This document shows, one piece after another, positions 28,305-36,745 of a stretch of 64,000 nt of DNA (the first letter of the stretch is position 1; the number at the start of each line of letters is the position of its first letter). The stretch spans positions 64,226-128,225 of the forward strand of contig CAMNST010000003.1 in the NCBI GenBank assembly GCA_946555465.1. The letters run 5' to 3'. The notes under the pieces were generated by a model. It was not told the DNA's origin, searched no databases, and saw only the letters and a program-made list of their open reading frames with translations. The stretch comes from an uncultured Clostridia bacterium. Its GTDB lineage: Bacteria; Bacillota; Clostridia; Oscillospirales; Acutalibacteraceae. Both the position numbers and the translations under genes were made by a program.

Positions 28305-29492
28305 CTATACGATATCTATTGTATCGGTAATACATTCAATTGGTATTTTTATATGCTTGTAATCTGAACACTCATGAAAAACAGAATTAATATAGAACTG
28401 ATATATTTCTATTGTTGATGATAGCGAATTATATGTTTTGATAAGTAATGACAAATCATCAATTATTCTAAATTTAATCGGGTTGTTTGCAGCAGGTTCT
28501 TCTGTTATAGACTCGCACGAGAAATCAGCACCTTTGAAATCATATCCATCGGTAAATTTGATTTTCTCCTTTGCAAACGTTTTTTTTAATTCAAGAAGTT
28601 TTTTATCGTCTAGACCATAAAAATAAAAATATGGGCAGAATCTAGGTGATGATCGTTTGCTAAGCTTACTATACTTCTTTGATATTTGTAGTATTATGGT
28701 TTTTAAATCAACTATTGTAGTATGTGCATCACATTCAAATAAAAAGAATCTAGAATAAGGAGACAAATTCATATTGCTAAAATACTTTTTTCTAATAATT
28801 TTAGCAAACTGAGCTTTCCCCTTTTTATGTAAGAGCCACAATTCAAATTGAGCATCTACAGTTTTCAATTGATTAATAAACTCTTTTCGACTAATTGTTC
28901 TACTTGATATAGTCTTACCTGTTGCAAGTTTTTTTATAATAAGCAAAGCATTACAGTAATAAGGTTCGACATCTTGTTTTCTACATCCCAAGGCGGTGCA
29001 CAATTTGTTCTTCGCTTTGTCTTCCTGAGCTTCATAGCTCTCTGCGTTTATATTTATTCTTAGTTTTTTCAGGAATTTATCAATGTCTTCATCCGTTAGC
29101 CCTAGCTCATCGTGTAATAAGTGTTTTTGTTTTTCTTTGGTGTATGTAAAAAAATGCTTTTTTGCGAACTCCACAGTTAACGGCTTTAGCTTGTTTTGAC
29201 CTGATTTAAACACACCATAAACATAGTATTTATAATTTTTTCGTTTGTTTTTTGAGAAATGTATTAGCATCCATCGAATAGCGGGAGCAACTACGGAATG
29301 ATTGTATTCAGTTTTTTCATAGCATTTACACTGATGAAGAGAAATACTATCAATATCGTTTATATCAACATCTTCAATTCCCTCTATACAAATAGTATCG
29401 GTATCATTATTTAGTTCAAGCACCTTTATTAAGGAATAGTCAAACTGATAATAATATCCTCTTATTGTGCTTACTGCTTCTCTATCACCCAT
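28305..29492 (-). CDS. DUF4297 (Cap4-like dsDNA nuclease domain) protein
   Basis: The N-terminal GYYYQFDYSLIKVL...IEGIEDVDIN...LHQCKCYE matches the PD-(D/E)xK-like GxxYQ...E.xED...QxK signature of DUF4297. The C-terminal ~250 aa are unassigned. Confidence 0.8.
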   Translation of the reverse strand: MGDREAVSTIRGYYYQFDYSLIKVLELNNDTDTICIEGIEDVDINDIDSISLHQCKCYEKTEYNHSVVAPAIRWMLIHFSKNKRKNYKYYVYGVFKSGQNKLKPLTVEFAKKHFFTYTKEKQKHLLHDELGLTDEDIDKFLKKLRININAESYEAQEDKAKNKLCTALGCRKQDVEPYYCNALLIIKKLATGKTISSRTISRKEFINQLKTVDAQFELWLLHKKGKAQFAKIIRKKYFSNMNLSPYSRFFLFECDAHTTIVDLKTIILQISKKYSKLSKRSSPRFCPYFYFYGLDDKKLLELKKTFAKEKIKFTDGYDFKGADFSCESITEEPAANNPIKFRIIDDLSLLIKTYNSLSSTIEIYQFYINSVFHECSDYKHIKIPIECITDTIDIV

Positions 29493-29616
29493 AGATGTGT
29501 CCTCTGTTTCTTATGACTATCTTCTCTTTAATCTTCGCTTTTGCATTTTTTTACAAGATCTTGAAGTTTTGTGTAATTATCCATATCAGTATCACCTATT
29601 ACATTTAATTAACTTT

Positions 29617-29645
29617 ATTATAACAGAGTGTTATAATAATGTTTA
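29617..29645 (-). promoter_or_regulatory. Candidate promoter of the DUF4297-herA operon
   Basis: On the minus strand, an extended -10 TGT-TATAAT (29617-29625) with a weak -35 TAAACA 17 nt upstream. Confidence 0.4.
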
Positions 29646-30046
29646 AAAATGTTTTTTATGGTACGCTTTTTAGTACAGCTTACATTAACGAAGGATTTCC
29701 TTTGCTTCACATTAAAAATATAACGCAAATCCACTATATCTATGCATTAACCATTAAAAAATCCACATAAATATACAAGGTATATTATAATATCTATTAC
29801 TCAATAAGTCAACAAAATATAATATATTAATTAAATTGCTATGCATTTAACCCTTTCTATTATTTCGATATTTTCAATTTAAATCGACTTCAAAAAGTAA
29901 GCATTTTAAGGTTCTGAAACCCGCATTATTACTGCGTTTCAGAAAGTCAAAATCGAGGGGTCAAGGGTATATCATTAAAAACCTCAAAAGCAACTTCTAA
30001 ATGCTTACCTTACCAAACAGAGCGAGGATTGCTCCTCGCTCCGATT

Positions 30047-30310
30047 TTATGAATATGCCTCTATTGTTAGTCTTGCGCCTAACTTGAAACCAATTTTAAA
30101 GCAATCAAGTTCAACGACAGTTGCTAATTCATCGCTGCTTTTGATTAGCAAATCAAGCAAGTTCTGCTGCTTTTCACTAAGCGACGCCTTTAATTGTTCT
30201 TGATTAAGGTTATATGCCTCGACTACTTTTCTGTAATTTGAATTGCTTTCAAGATGGTCGAACTCCATTGGATTGATACTCCCATTCCAAAACTCCTCGA
30301 GAATATCCAT
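30047..30310 (-). CDS. Small conserved mobile-element protein (87 aa), function unknown
   Basis: Compact ORF 4 nt downstream of tnpV. The C-terminal FKIGFKLGARLTIE pattern resembles small proteins seen on clostridial mobile elements. Confidence 0.5.
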   Translation of the reverse strand: MDILEEFWNGSINPMEFDHLESNSNYRKVVEAYNLNQEQLKASLSEKQQNLLDLLIKSSDELATVVELDCFKIGFKLGARLTIEAYS

Positions 30311-30314
30311 TGCA

Positions 30315-30692
30315 TCACCTCGAATAAATCACTTCGTTATTGACAATCTCACTTGCTCTATTTGAGATATTATTCATAGCCTGAACCCAGGCGAGCATAT
30401 CGGTCGCCTTGAGATGTTCGGTTATATTTTCTTGTTCGGCTAATTGCTTAACGAGTGTATCATACATTTCGGTTGCTCTGACATCTACATCGTGCAAGTA
30501 TGAATTTAATTTACATTGAGTAAGCAGGGGTGTATAAAACGCTGGTTTATATTGTTTAATATACTCCTTATATTTTCTGCCCCAATAGCCGATTTTATAA
30601 TTCGTATCAGTTGATACGAGATTTGGAATATACACATTACCTACAAGCGTATAGCTAATGCCTGTGTTTTCGTCGGTAATATACTTTTTCAT
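30315..30692 (-). CDS. tnpV: TnpV-like protein
   Basis: The MKKYITDENTGISYTLVGNVYIPNL...IGYWGRKYKEYIK...AWVQAMNNI pattern is typical of transposon TnpV (Tn4451 family). The internal start has an aaggag RBS and overlaps the relaxase end. Confidence 0.75.
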   Translation of the reverse strand: MKKYITDENTGISYTLVGNVYIPNLVSTDTNYKIGYWGRKYKEYIKQYKPAFYTPLLTQCKLNSYLHDVDVRATEMYDTLVKQLAEQENITEHLKATDMLAWVQAMNNISNRASEIVNNEVIYSR

Positions 30693-30702
30693 AAAATTCT
30701 CC

Positions 30703-32082
30703 TTATCTGCATAGATCATCGTACCTATGTCTTGTTTTTTGCTTTGTAATAAAGCGTTTTTGTTGTATTGCTTTTTCAACTTTCATATTGTGTTTGATTT
30801 CATCGTTGTCCTCCAAAATGTTTGTCGCAACTTTAACTTCTTTTCGTAGCAAAGACAAAATTTTTGTGAAATCATCTCGCTTTGATTTTAGCTCTGCCAT
30901 AACACTCGGTTGTTTGCAATGCCTCATTTTGTTGTAGCAATATTGCCGCTGCTTTTCAACATAAATAATTTGCTCCTTTGTTGCTAAAATAAATTCATTA
31001 ACAGTCGAAATCGTGGTCAATTCTTTAAAATCAATCAATCGTATTTCTTGCGAATACCTGTCGATTTTTCTCCAAGCCGCCCTCATTTCAGGTGACAACG
31101 GTTTGTGCTGTTTTGCTTTCGACAAATAGCCTAACAAATAGCAGTAATGCAAATACAGTGCTTTAAGACCGGTTATTTTTCTTGTTATTGCAAAGTAACC
31201 GTTAAATCTAACTTTCTTTGAAGCAATATATTGGGGTTTTATTGATTTTTGGAATGTGTTAAATTTGGGAGCAGTTTTCCAAAAGTCATTTTCTTTAAGC
31301 GTTTGAAAAATATATTCTTTATCATACTTCTCACCCAACCGATAAAGTCGTGTGTTTCGAGTATCATTAACAGAACGAATTGTTGCATATTTCAAACCGG
31401 GATTGAGATTAACAATATAGCCTTGCTTTTTTAGCACATAGGTAAATTCTTTCGGCGAACAGCTGATACTTAACGCTTTATCAATCGCCTCTCGCATTAA
31501 ATTGTATTTTGTAGGCTCACCGTTTTTCTCTGCATAATACAAAGTTCTTGAAATTTTATTTTGTGGATTTGCAATTACAGTTAAGTGCTCACGCTCACAA
31601 AGCGAATCGGATAAATCTCTGAACTTGTAATATGCTTTCTTATTGCAATTAAATTTTTTGCCGTTCCACATATTGACCGAGTTAATTACAAAATGATTAT
31701 GATAAGTGCCTGTATTAAAATGCGTTGCTACAAGCACTTGATAATCTGTTCCCCACATTTGTTTTGCAAGTTCGACACCAAGCCTATGGCATTGTTCGGG
31801 TGTAACTTCGCCTGTCTTAAAACTTTGATATGCGTGGTAAGCAACATTACCTGATGTCTTACCAAAATGAACTTGAACATTTTTCATTTCTTCATAGGCT
31901 GTATCGGTATTGCAATTTACGCCTGTGACATAGCACGCTTCTTCACTGATTGTTTTTTCTCCGTTCTCGGCATAATGAATTGCATTTTTCAAATCAGAGT
32001 AAATTGTTTTGTCAGGATTAGCGGCATAATCAACAACACGAGACAGACTGTCCTTGATTGCCCAAATTTTTGTTACAGCCAT
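30703..32082 (-). CDS. Relaxase / mobilisation nuclease (MobA/VirD2-type)
   Basis: 459 aa. N-terminus MAVTKIWAIK... and histidine triad ATHFNTGTYHNHFVINSV. Confidence 0.85.
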   Translation of the reverse strand: MAVTKIWAIKDSLSRVVDYAANPDKTIYSDLKNAIHYAENGEKTISEEACYVTGVNCNTDTAYEEMKNVQVHFGKTSGNVAYHAYQSFKTGEVTPEQCHRLGVELAKQMWGTDYQVLVATHFNTGTYHNHFVINSVNMWNGKKFNCNKKAYYKFRDLSDSLCEREHLTVIANPQNKISRTLYYAEKNGEPTKYNLMREAIDKALSISCSPKEFTYVLKKQGYIVNLNPGLKYATIRSVNDTRNTRLYRLGEKYDKEYIFQTLKENDFWKTAPKFNTFQKSIKPQYIASKKVRFNGYFAITRKITGLKALYLHYCYLLGYLSKAKQHKPLSPEMRAAWRKIDRYSQEIRLIDFKELTTISTVNEFILATKEQIIYVEKQRQYCYNKMRHCKQPSVMAELKSKRDDFTKILSLLRKEVKVATNILEDNDEIKHNMKVEKAIQQKRFITKQKTRHRYDDLCR

Positions 32083-32333
32083 TATCCGTCATCACCGTAA
32101 CATGCGTTGAGTAATAGTTCTTTAATTTTATAAAGCCTACTGTCATTCATTTGGCAAATTGATTGATAAGCCTGTTTCAAATATTTATTGGGTGCTGACC
32201 TTACACTTTGACCTAATGCACACTTACGAATATACTCGGATAACGATAAGCCTGCACGCTTTGCATTTCTGCAAATATTTGATTTTTCATTTTCGGTTAC
32301 TCTGATGTTTATTGATAAATTTCTTTCTCTCAT
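32082..32333 (-). CDS. mobC: MobC-family relaxosome accessory protein
   Basis: 83 aa. IRVTENEKSNICRNAKRAGLSLSEYIRKCALG ribbon-helix-helix pattern. Its stop overlaps the relaxase start. Confidence 0.8.
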   Translation of the reverse strand: MRERNLSINIRVTENEKSNICRNAKRAGLSLSEYIRKCALGQSVRSAPNKYLKQAYQSICQMNDSRLYKIKELLLNACYGDDG

Positions 32334-32543
32334 TTGTTCTCCTTTCTTTAGGGGTTAAAGGGTACTCCCTTATTTTCCGGCAATACATTGCCTATGCTCG
32401 CTACAGTCTGCGACTGCAAATATACCCTTTGAGTTTGTCAGTTGCAAAACCTTTTATTTTCGGTTATAATATTAATGCTTTTATTAGCAGATCGCTTGTC
32501 ATCTGTTGCCGCAGATGAATCCCAAGCGGTCTTTTTTATTTGC
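32334..32543. other. Candidate oriT region
   Basis: Non-coding gap immediately upstream of mobC-relaxase. It holds several inverted repeats: aaagggta...tacccttt, ggcaat-ac-attgcc and cagtc-tgc-gactg. Confidence 0.3.
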
Positions 32544-32870
32544 TTATACATCCTTATCACCCTTCATTTCATAAAGCGTTTTGCTGATAAGTTTAATTGT
32601 TTCGAGAAGTTCCGCTGACGGTCGAGAGCCATTTAATGACTTCAATTCAATCAACACTTCTTCAAGTTTTTTCTTCAAAGCAACATAAACTTTTGGATTG
32701 CCGACAACAACAATATCTCTTTGAAGTGCTCGATTGATCAGGTAATCTTGCTTTGTCAAACCCGATAATTTAACTCTTGTATCAAGTTTATTGCTTTCTT
32801 CGGGCGACATTCTGAAAGCAACAGTTTTGTTTCTCCAACGGTTATGTTCGTCACGATTTTTAGCCGACAT
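32544..32870 (-). CDS. Ribbon-helix-helix (MobC-like) DNA-binding protein
   Basis: TVAFRMSPEESNKLDTRVKLSGLTKQDYLINRAL pattern. The internal ATG (MSAKNRDEH) overlaps the integrase stop by 11 nt. Confidence 0.6.
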   Translation of the reverse strand: MSAKNRDEHNRWRNKTVAFRMSPEESNKLDTRVKLSGLTKQDYLINRALQRDIVVVGNPKVYVALKKKLEEVLIELKSLNGSRPSAELLETIKLISKTLYEMKGDKDV

Positions 32871-33951
32871 TTTCAAATTCACCCCTTTCGTTTTCAAGTT
32901 TGCTTGCCATTTCGTCTTGCCTTGACGGAAACATATGAGCATAATGATATGTCATATCGACGCTTTCGTGTCCCATCCTGTCTGCAATTTCAACAGCAGA
33001 AAAGCCTAAATCAATGAGCAATGAAACATGCGAATGACGCAAATCATGGATACGAATTTTCTTAACTCCGGCTTTTTCACAGCCTGTTTTCATTGACCGA
33101 TACAACGCAGTTTTTGAAATAGGAAACAGCCTTGTATCTTTTTCTGCACCGTAAAGCATGCCGATATAATCTTGCATTTCATTGCAAAGAAACGATGGCA
33201 TTTTAATTATTCTATTGCTCTTTGGCGTCTTCGGTTCGGTAATAATATCACAACCGTTTATTCTTTGATGGCTTTTGTTAATCCTTAAAGTTCGCTTGTT
33301 AAAATCAAAATCACTTGGAGTTAATGCTAACAATTCACCCTCACGAATGCCACACCAATACAATAATTCAAAAGCATAATAATGCATTGGTTCTTCCATT
33401 TTTGCTTCGGTGAATCGCATATATTCATCCTTTGTCCAAATAAGCATCTCTCTGTCGCTTTCTTTTTTGCCAATTGCTCCTGCTTTTCTTGCAACATTTT
33501 CTTTAAGTCCGTAGTATTTAACGGCAAAATTTAATATCGCACTCATTTGGTTATGAATTGTCTTTAAGTAGGTTTGAGAAAACGGTTTTCCGTTTTCATC
33601 CTTTGCTTTAATTAACTTATTTTGCCAATTTATAATATCAGTCGCTTTGATTTCATTTATTTTTTTATCGGCAAAACACGGCAAAATTTTGGTTTCAAAT
33701 ATATGTCTTTTTGTATTTATTGTATTAAGTTTCAACTTTGTACCTAGGCTTTCAAAATACAATTCGGCAAACGAATCAAATGTCATATTGCAAGCACCTT
33801 GTAGCTTTAACATTTCTTCTTTTTCCCAAGCCTTTGCCGCTCTTTGAGTAATAAAGCCTCGCTTTTGCGTTTGCTTTTTCTCACCTGTCCAATCGGTATA
33901 TCTAAATACCGCTCGCCAAGTATTTGTTTTATTATCCTTATATACAGGCAT
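32860..33951 (-). CDS. int: Tyrosine site-specific integrase
   Basis: 363 aa. N-terminal SAM-like arm, catalytic-region motifs HDLRHSHVSLL and GHESVDMTYHYAH, and the conserved R in WCGIREGELLAL. Confidence 0.9.
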   Translation of the reverse strand: MPVYKDNKTNTWRAVFRYTDWTGEKKQTQKRGFITQRAAKAWEKEEMLKLQGACNMTFDSFAELYFESLGTKLKLNTINTKRHIFETKILPCFADKKINEIKATDIINWQNKLIKAKDENGKPFSQTYLKTIHNQMSAILNFAVKYYGLKENVARKAGAIGKKESDREMLIWTKDEYMRFTEAKMEEPMHYYAFELLYWCGIREGELLALTPSDFDFNKRTLRINKSHQRINGCDIITEPKTPKSNRIIKMPSFLCNEMQDYIGMLYGAEKDTRLFPISKTALYRSMKTGCEKAGVKKIRIHDLRHSHVSLLIDLGFSAVEIADRMGHESVDMTYHYAHMFPSRQDEMASKLENERGEFENVG

Positions 33952-33953
33952 TT

Positions 33954-34151
33954 TTATCCTCCTTCTGTTTTATCTGTGCAGTCAATTCTTTTGTAAAAAT
34001 ATTTGCGATTGACTCTGCCGGAAACAACAATTTTTTCTTTTTCGGCAAGTTCCTTATTTAGTTTTTTGATAATCTTATATGCATAAGACTCGGAAACATC
34101 AAGAACTTTTGCAACTTCGTCAACCCTCATAAAAATAGAATTATCAGACAT
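33954..34151 (-). CDS. xis: Excisionase-like HTH protein
   Basis: 65 aa from the internal ATG with a gaaggagg RBS. MRVDEVAKVLDVSESYAYKIIKKLN HTH. It lies directly upstream of int. Confidence 0.7.
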   Translation of the reverse strand: MSDNSIFMRVDEVAKVLDVSESYAYKIIKKLNKELAEKEKIVVSGRVNRKYFYKRIDCTDKTEGG

Positions 34152-34360
34152 TTTCGCACCTCCTTCGATTCTCACAATCACACAATATGTTGCAATTATG
34201 ATACTTATATTTATTCTTCGTAACCGTTTTGTTACGGTTTTATATTAACACCTTGCAATTCACTTGTCAAGAATAATTTCAAAATTATCGTACTTATTTT
34301 GATAATTTAATTTGACTTATCGTAACATATATGGTACAGTAATGTTTGAGGTGATGCTTA

Positions 34361-34969
34361 ATGGCAATCGGTGAAAGAATAAGATACATAAGAAAAAAGC
34401 ACAATATGACTCAAAAATATTTAGGTTTACAGCTCGGATTTGGCGAAAAGAACGCCGACTCTCGTGTTGCACAATACGAAAACGGCAGGCGTGAACCTAA
34501 AAGCGATATGCTAAAAGAAATTGCAGGAGTACTACAGGTATCAACACTTGCACTTGACAGTCCTAATCTTAATGACCATATCAGGTTAATGCACACATTA
34601 TTTACTATCGAGGATATTTACGGACTTACTATTGAAAGAATAAACGGCAAACTCTGTATTGTTCCTGATGAAAGCAGACCGGAGTGCTTTACCGGTTTAT
34701 ACGGTTGCTTAAACGAATGGAACGAAATAAAAGATAAAGTTAAAAACGGCGAAATGACACAAGGGCAATATGACGATTGGCGTTATAATTATCCCGAAGA
34801 TTTACCCGAAAATATAATCAATACTCTTGACCATTGCTGGGAAAAAGCAAAGCCGGAAAACAAGAAAAGAGAAAAGAACTACAATCCTTTCAATGAGCCG
34901 CAAAAAGACCTTTTAGCCGAATTTGAAAAAATCAAAAAAGAACACGCAGAAAAAGAAAGCAAAGAATAA
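34361..34969 (+). CDS. XRE-family HTH transcriptional regulator (element regulator)
   Basis: N-terminus IGERIRYIRKKHNMTQKYLGLQLG. It is divergent from xis-int, and the shared intergenic region carries repeated ttatcgta motifs. Confidence 0.8.
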   Translation: MAIGERIRYIRKKHNMTQKYLGLQLGFGEKNADSRVAQYENGRREPKSDMLKEIAGVLQVSTLALDSPNLNDHIRLMHTLFTIEDIYGLTIERINGKLCIVPDESRPECFTGLYGCLNEWNEIKDKVKNGEMTQGQYDDWRYNYPEDLPENIINTLDHCWEKAKPENKKREKNYNPFNEPQKDLLAEFEKIKKEHAEKESKE

Positions 34970-34973
34970 CAAA

Positions 34974-35012
34974 AGAGCTATCGGACTTGATGTCTGATAG
35001 CTCTTAGTTTTA
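34974..35012 (+). terminator. Hairpin terminator after the XRE regulator gene
   Basis: Stem agagctatc (34974-34982) pairs with gatagctct (34996-35004), followed by tagtttt. Confidence 0.55.
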
Positions 35013-35104
35013 TGTGAATATTATATTGTTGCCAAAATGTTGCCATTTTGGGTTGCAAAGCCCCCGAATGCCTGATAAATAAAGGCTTTCGGGAGTTATG
35101 TTTA

Positions 35105-35116
35105 TTATTCCCACTC
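35105..35116. repeat. att core, guaA-proximal copy
   Basis: TTATTCCCACTC is the reverse complement of GAG TGG GAA TAA (guaA ...E W E stop). Confidence 0.7.
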
Positions 35117-36631
35117 CACTGTTCCGGGGGGTTTGGATGTTATGTCGTAGACAACTCTGTTTATATGCTCAACCTCATTTGTAATTCGGTTTGATACTTT
35201 TGCGAGGATATCATACGGGATTTTTGCCCAGTCTGCTGTCATAAAGTCGTCTGTTGTTACGGCCCTGATTGCCACGAGATGGTCGTAAGTTCTGTGGTCG
35301 CCCATAACGCCGACTGTTTTTACGCATGGAAGAACACAGAAAAACTGAGCAAGATTTTTTTCATAGCCGTTTTTAGCCATTTCGTCACGAAGAACCCAGT
35401 CAGCATCCTGAAGGACTTTGATTTTATCAGCAGTAATTTCGCCGATAATTCTTACTCCGAGTCCCGGACCGGGGAATGGCTGGCGCCATACAAGTTCTTT
35501 TGGAATGCCGAGTTTTTCGCCGACTTTTCGCACCTCGTCCTTGAACAAATCGCAAAGAGGTTCGATAACACCCAAAAATTCAACATCTTCAGGAATATTT
35601 ACACGGTTATGGTGCGTTTTTATAACATCGGCATCACCTTTGCCGGATTCAATGCAGTCAGGATAAATGGTTCCCTGTGCAAAAAAGCCGAGTTCATCCT
35701 GTTTTCTGATTTCGTTCCAGAACACATTGAAAAATTCTGTGCCGATAATTTTTCTCTTTTGTTCGGGATCGATAACACCCTTAAGTTTTTCAAGAAAAAT
35801 ATCTCCGCAATTTACACGTACAAAGTTCATATCAAAAAGTGAAGTGAAGGTTTTTTCAACAAAATCGCCCTCATCTTTTCTCATAAGACCCTGATCAACA
35901 AAAACACAGGTGAGTTGTTTGCCGATTGCACGTGAAAGAAGACCTGCGGCAACAGAAGAGTCAACACCGCCGGAAAGACCGAGAATGACTTTCTTATCTC
36001 CGATTTCCTCTTTAAGTTTTGCAACAGTGTTTTCGATAAAATTATCCATTACCCATTCACCGCTGCATTTGCACACTTCATAGATGAAATTATAAAGTAT
36101 CTGCGAGCCGAACTGGGAATGCGTAACCTCAGGATGAAACTGAACAGCATAAATATTTTTTTCAGTATTCTGCATTGCTGCACATGGGCAGTCATTTGTT
36201 GTTCCGATAATTTCAAAACCTTTTGGAGGTGTTGCTATATAGTCGGTATGGCTCATCCATACAATAGATTTTTCATCAACTTCTTTAAACAGAACACTTT
36301 CTTTTGCAGTAAATTCAATTTTGCCGTATTCGCTGACAGGTGCTGTTTTAACCTCTCCGTCACCCATCCATGCAATCAACTGGCAGCCATAGCATATACC
36401 TAAAATCGGAACACCCAATTCAAGTATATCTTTTGTATAGTGAGGCGAACTCATATCAAAAACAGAGTTAGGTCCGCCGGTGAAAATAATTCCTCTATAA
36501 TGATTTTCCTTAATTACTTCGATTGGAGTTGTATAGGGAAGAATTTCGGCATAAACGTGGTGGTCGCGTACACGTCTTGCTATTAACTGATTGTATTGGC
36601 CGCCGAAATCAAGAACAAGAATTTTTTCCAT
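35105..36631 (-). CDS. guaA: GMP synthase (glutamine-hydrolyzing)
   Basis: 508 aa. GATase CYGCQL, the ATP-PPase motif SGGVDSSV, and a C-terminal PPGTVEWE. Confidence 0.95.
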   Translation of the reverse strand: MEKILVLDFGGQYNQLIARRVRDHHVYAEILPYTTPIEVIKENHYRGIIFTGGPNSVFDMSSPHYTKDILELGVPILGICYGCQLIAWMGDGEVKTAPVSEYGKIEFTAKESVLFKEVDEKSIVWMSHTDYIATPPKGFEIIGTTNDCPCAAMQNTEKNIYAVQFHPEVTHSQFGSQILYNFIYEVCKCSGEWVMDNFIENTVAKLKEEIGDKKVILGLSGGVDSSVAAGLLSRAIGKQLTCVFVDQGLMRKDEGDFVEKTFTSLFDMNFVRVNCGDIFLEKLKGVIDPEQKRKIIGTEFFNVFWNEIRKQDELGFFAQGTIYPDCIESGKGDADVIKTHHNRVNIPEDVEFLGVIEPLCDLFKDEVRKVGEKLGIPKELVWRQPFPGPGLGVRIIGEITADKIKVLQDADWVLRDEMAKNGYEKNLAQFFCVLPCVKTVGVMGDHRTYDHLVAIRAVTTDDFMTADWAKIPYDILAKVSNRITNEVEHINRVVYDITSKPPGTVEWE

Positions 36632-36707
36632 AAATGCCTCCTGTTATGTGTATTTTAAATATTATATATTATCATTCGTCTTTTTGCAACAATATTAGAA
36701 ATAAAAC

Positions 36708-36738
36708 AGAGCAGTGAACGATAAAAATTCACTGCTCT
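36708..36738 (-). terminator. Hairpin terminator after purA
   Basis: Stem agagcagtgaa/ttcactgctct with a T-rich tail on the minus strand. Confidence 0.6.
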
Positions 36739-36745
36739 TTATGAA

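Larger units (their letters stand above)
26452..35116 (-). mobile_element. Integrative mobilizable element (about 8.66 kb) inserted in the 3' end of guaA
   Basis: The 12-bp direct repeat TTATTCCCACTC occurs at 26452-26463 and 35105-35116, the latter being the guaA stop plus its last 3 codons. A tyrosine integrase, Xis and XRE regulator lie at the guaA-proximal end, with MobC, a relaxase and TnpV further in. There are no T4SS genes. The element is more AT-rich than its flanks by eye. Confidence 0.8.

Noticed and set aside
29639-29770. 43-codon plus-strand ORF (MFKNVFYGTLF...) in the spacer upstream of the defence operon.
   Set aside because: It has no Shine-Dalgarno sequence, lies in AT-rich sequence, and points away from any operon context. 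I judged it a chance ORF.
32312-32518. 68-aa plus-strand ORF in the mobC upstream gap.
   Set aside because: It has no RBS and overlaps the inverted-repeat-rich candidate oriT. Its composition is typical of non-coding DNA.
35279-35842. 187-aa ORF antisense to guaA. Similar antisense ORFs occur inside ppdK, glmU, purA, the CotH gene and elsewhere.
   Set aside because: In each case the opposite strand carries a strongly recognisable protein. The antisense products have no motifs and biased composition.
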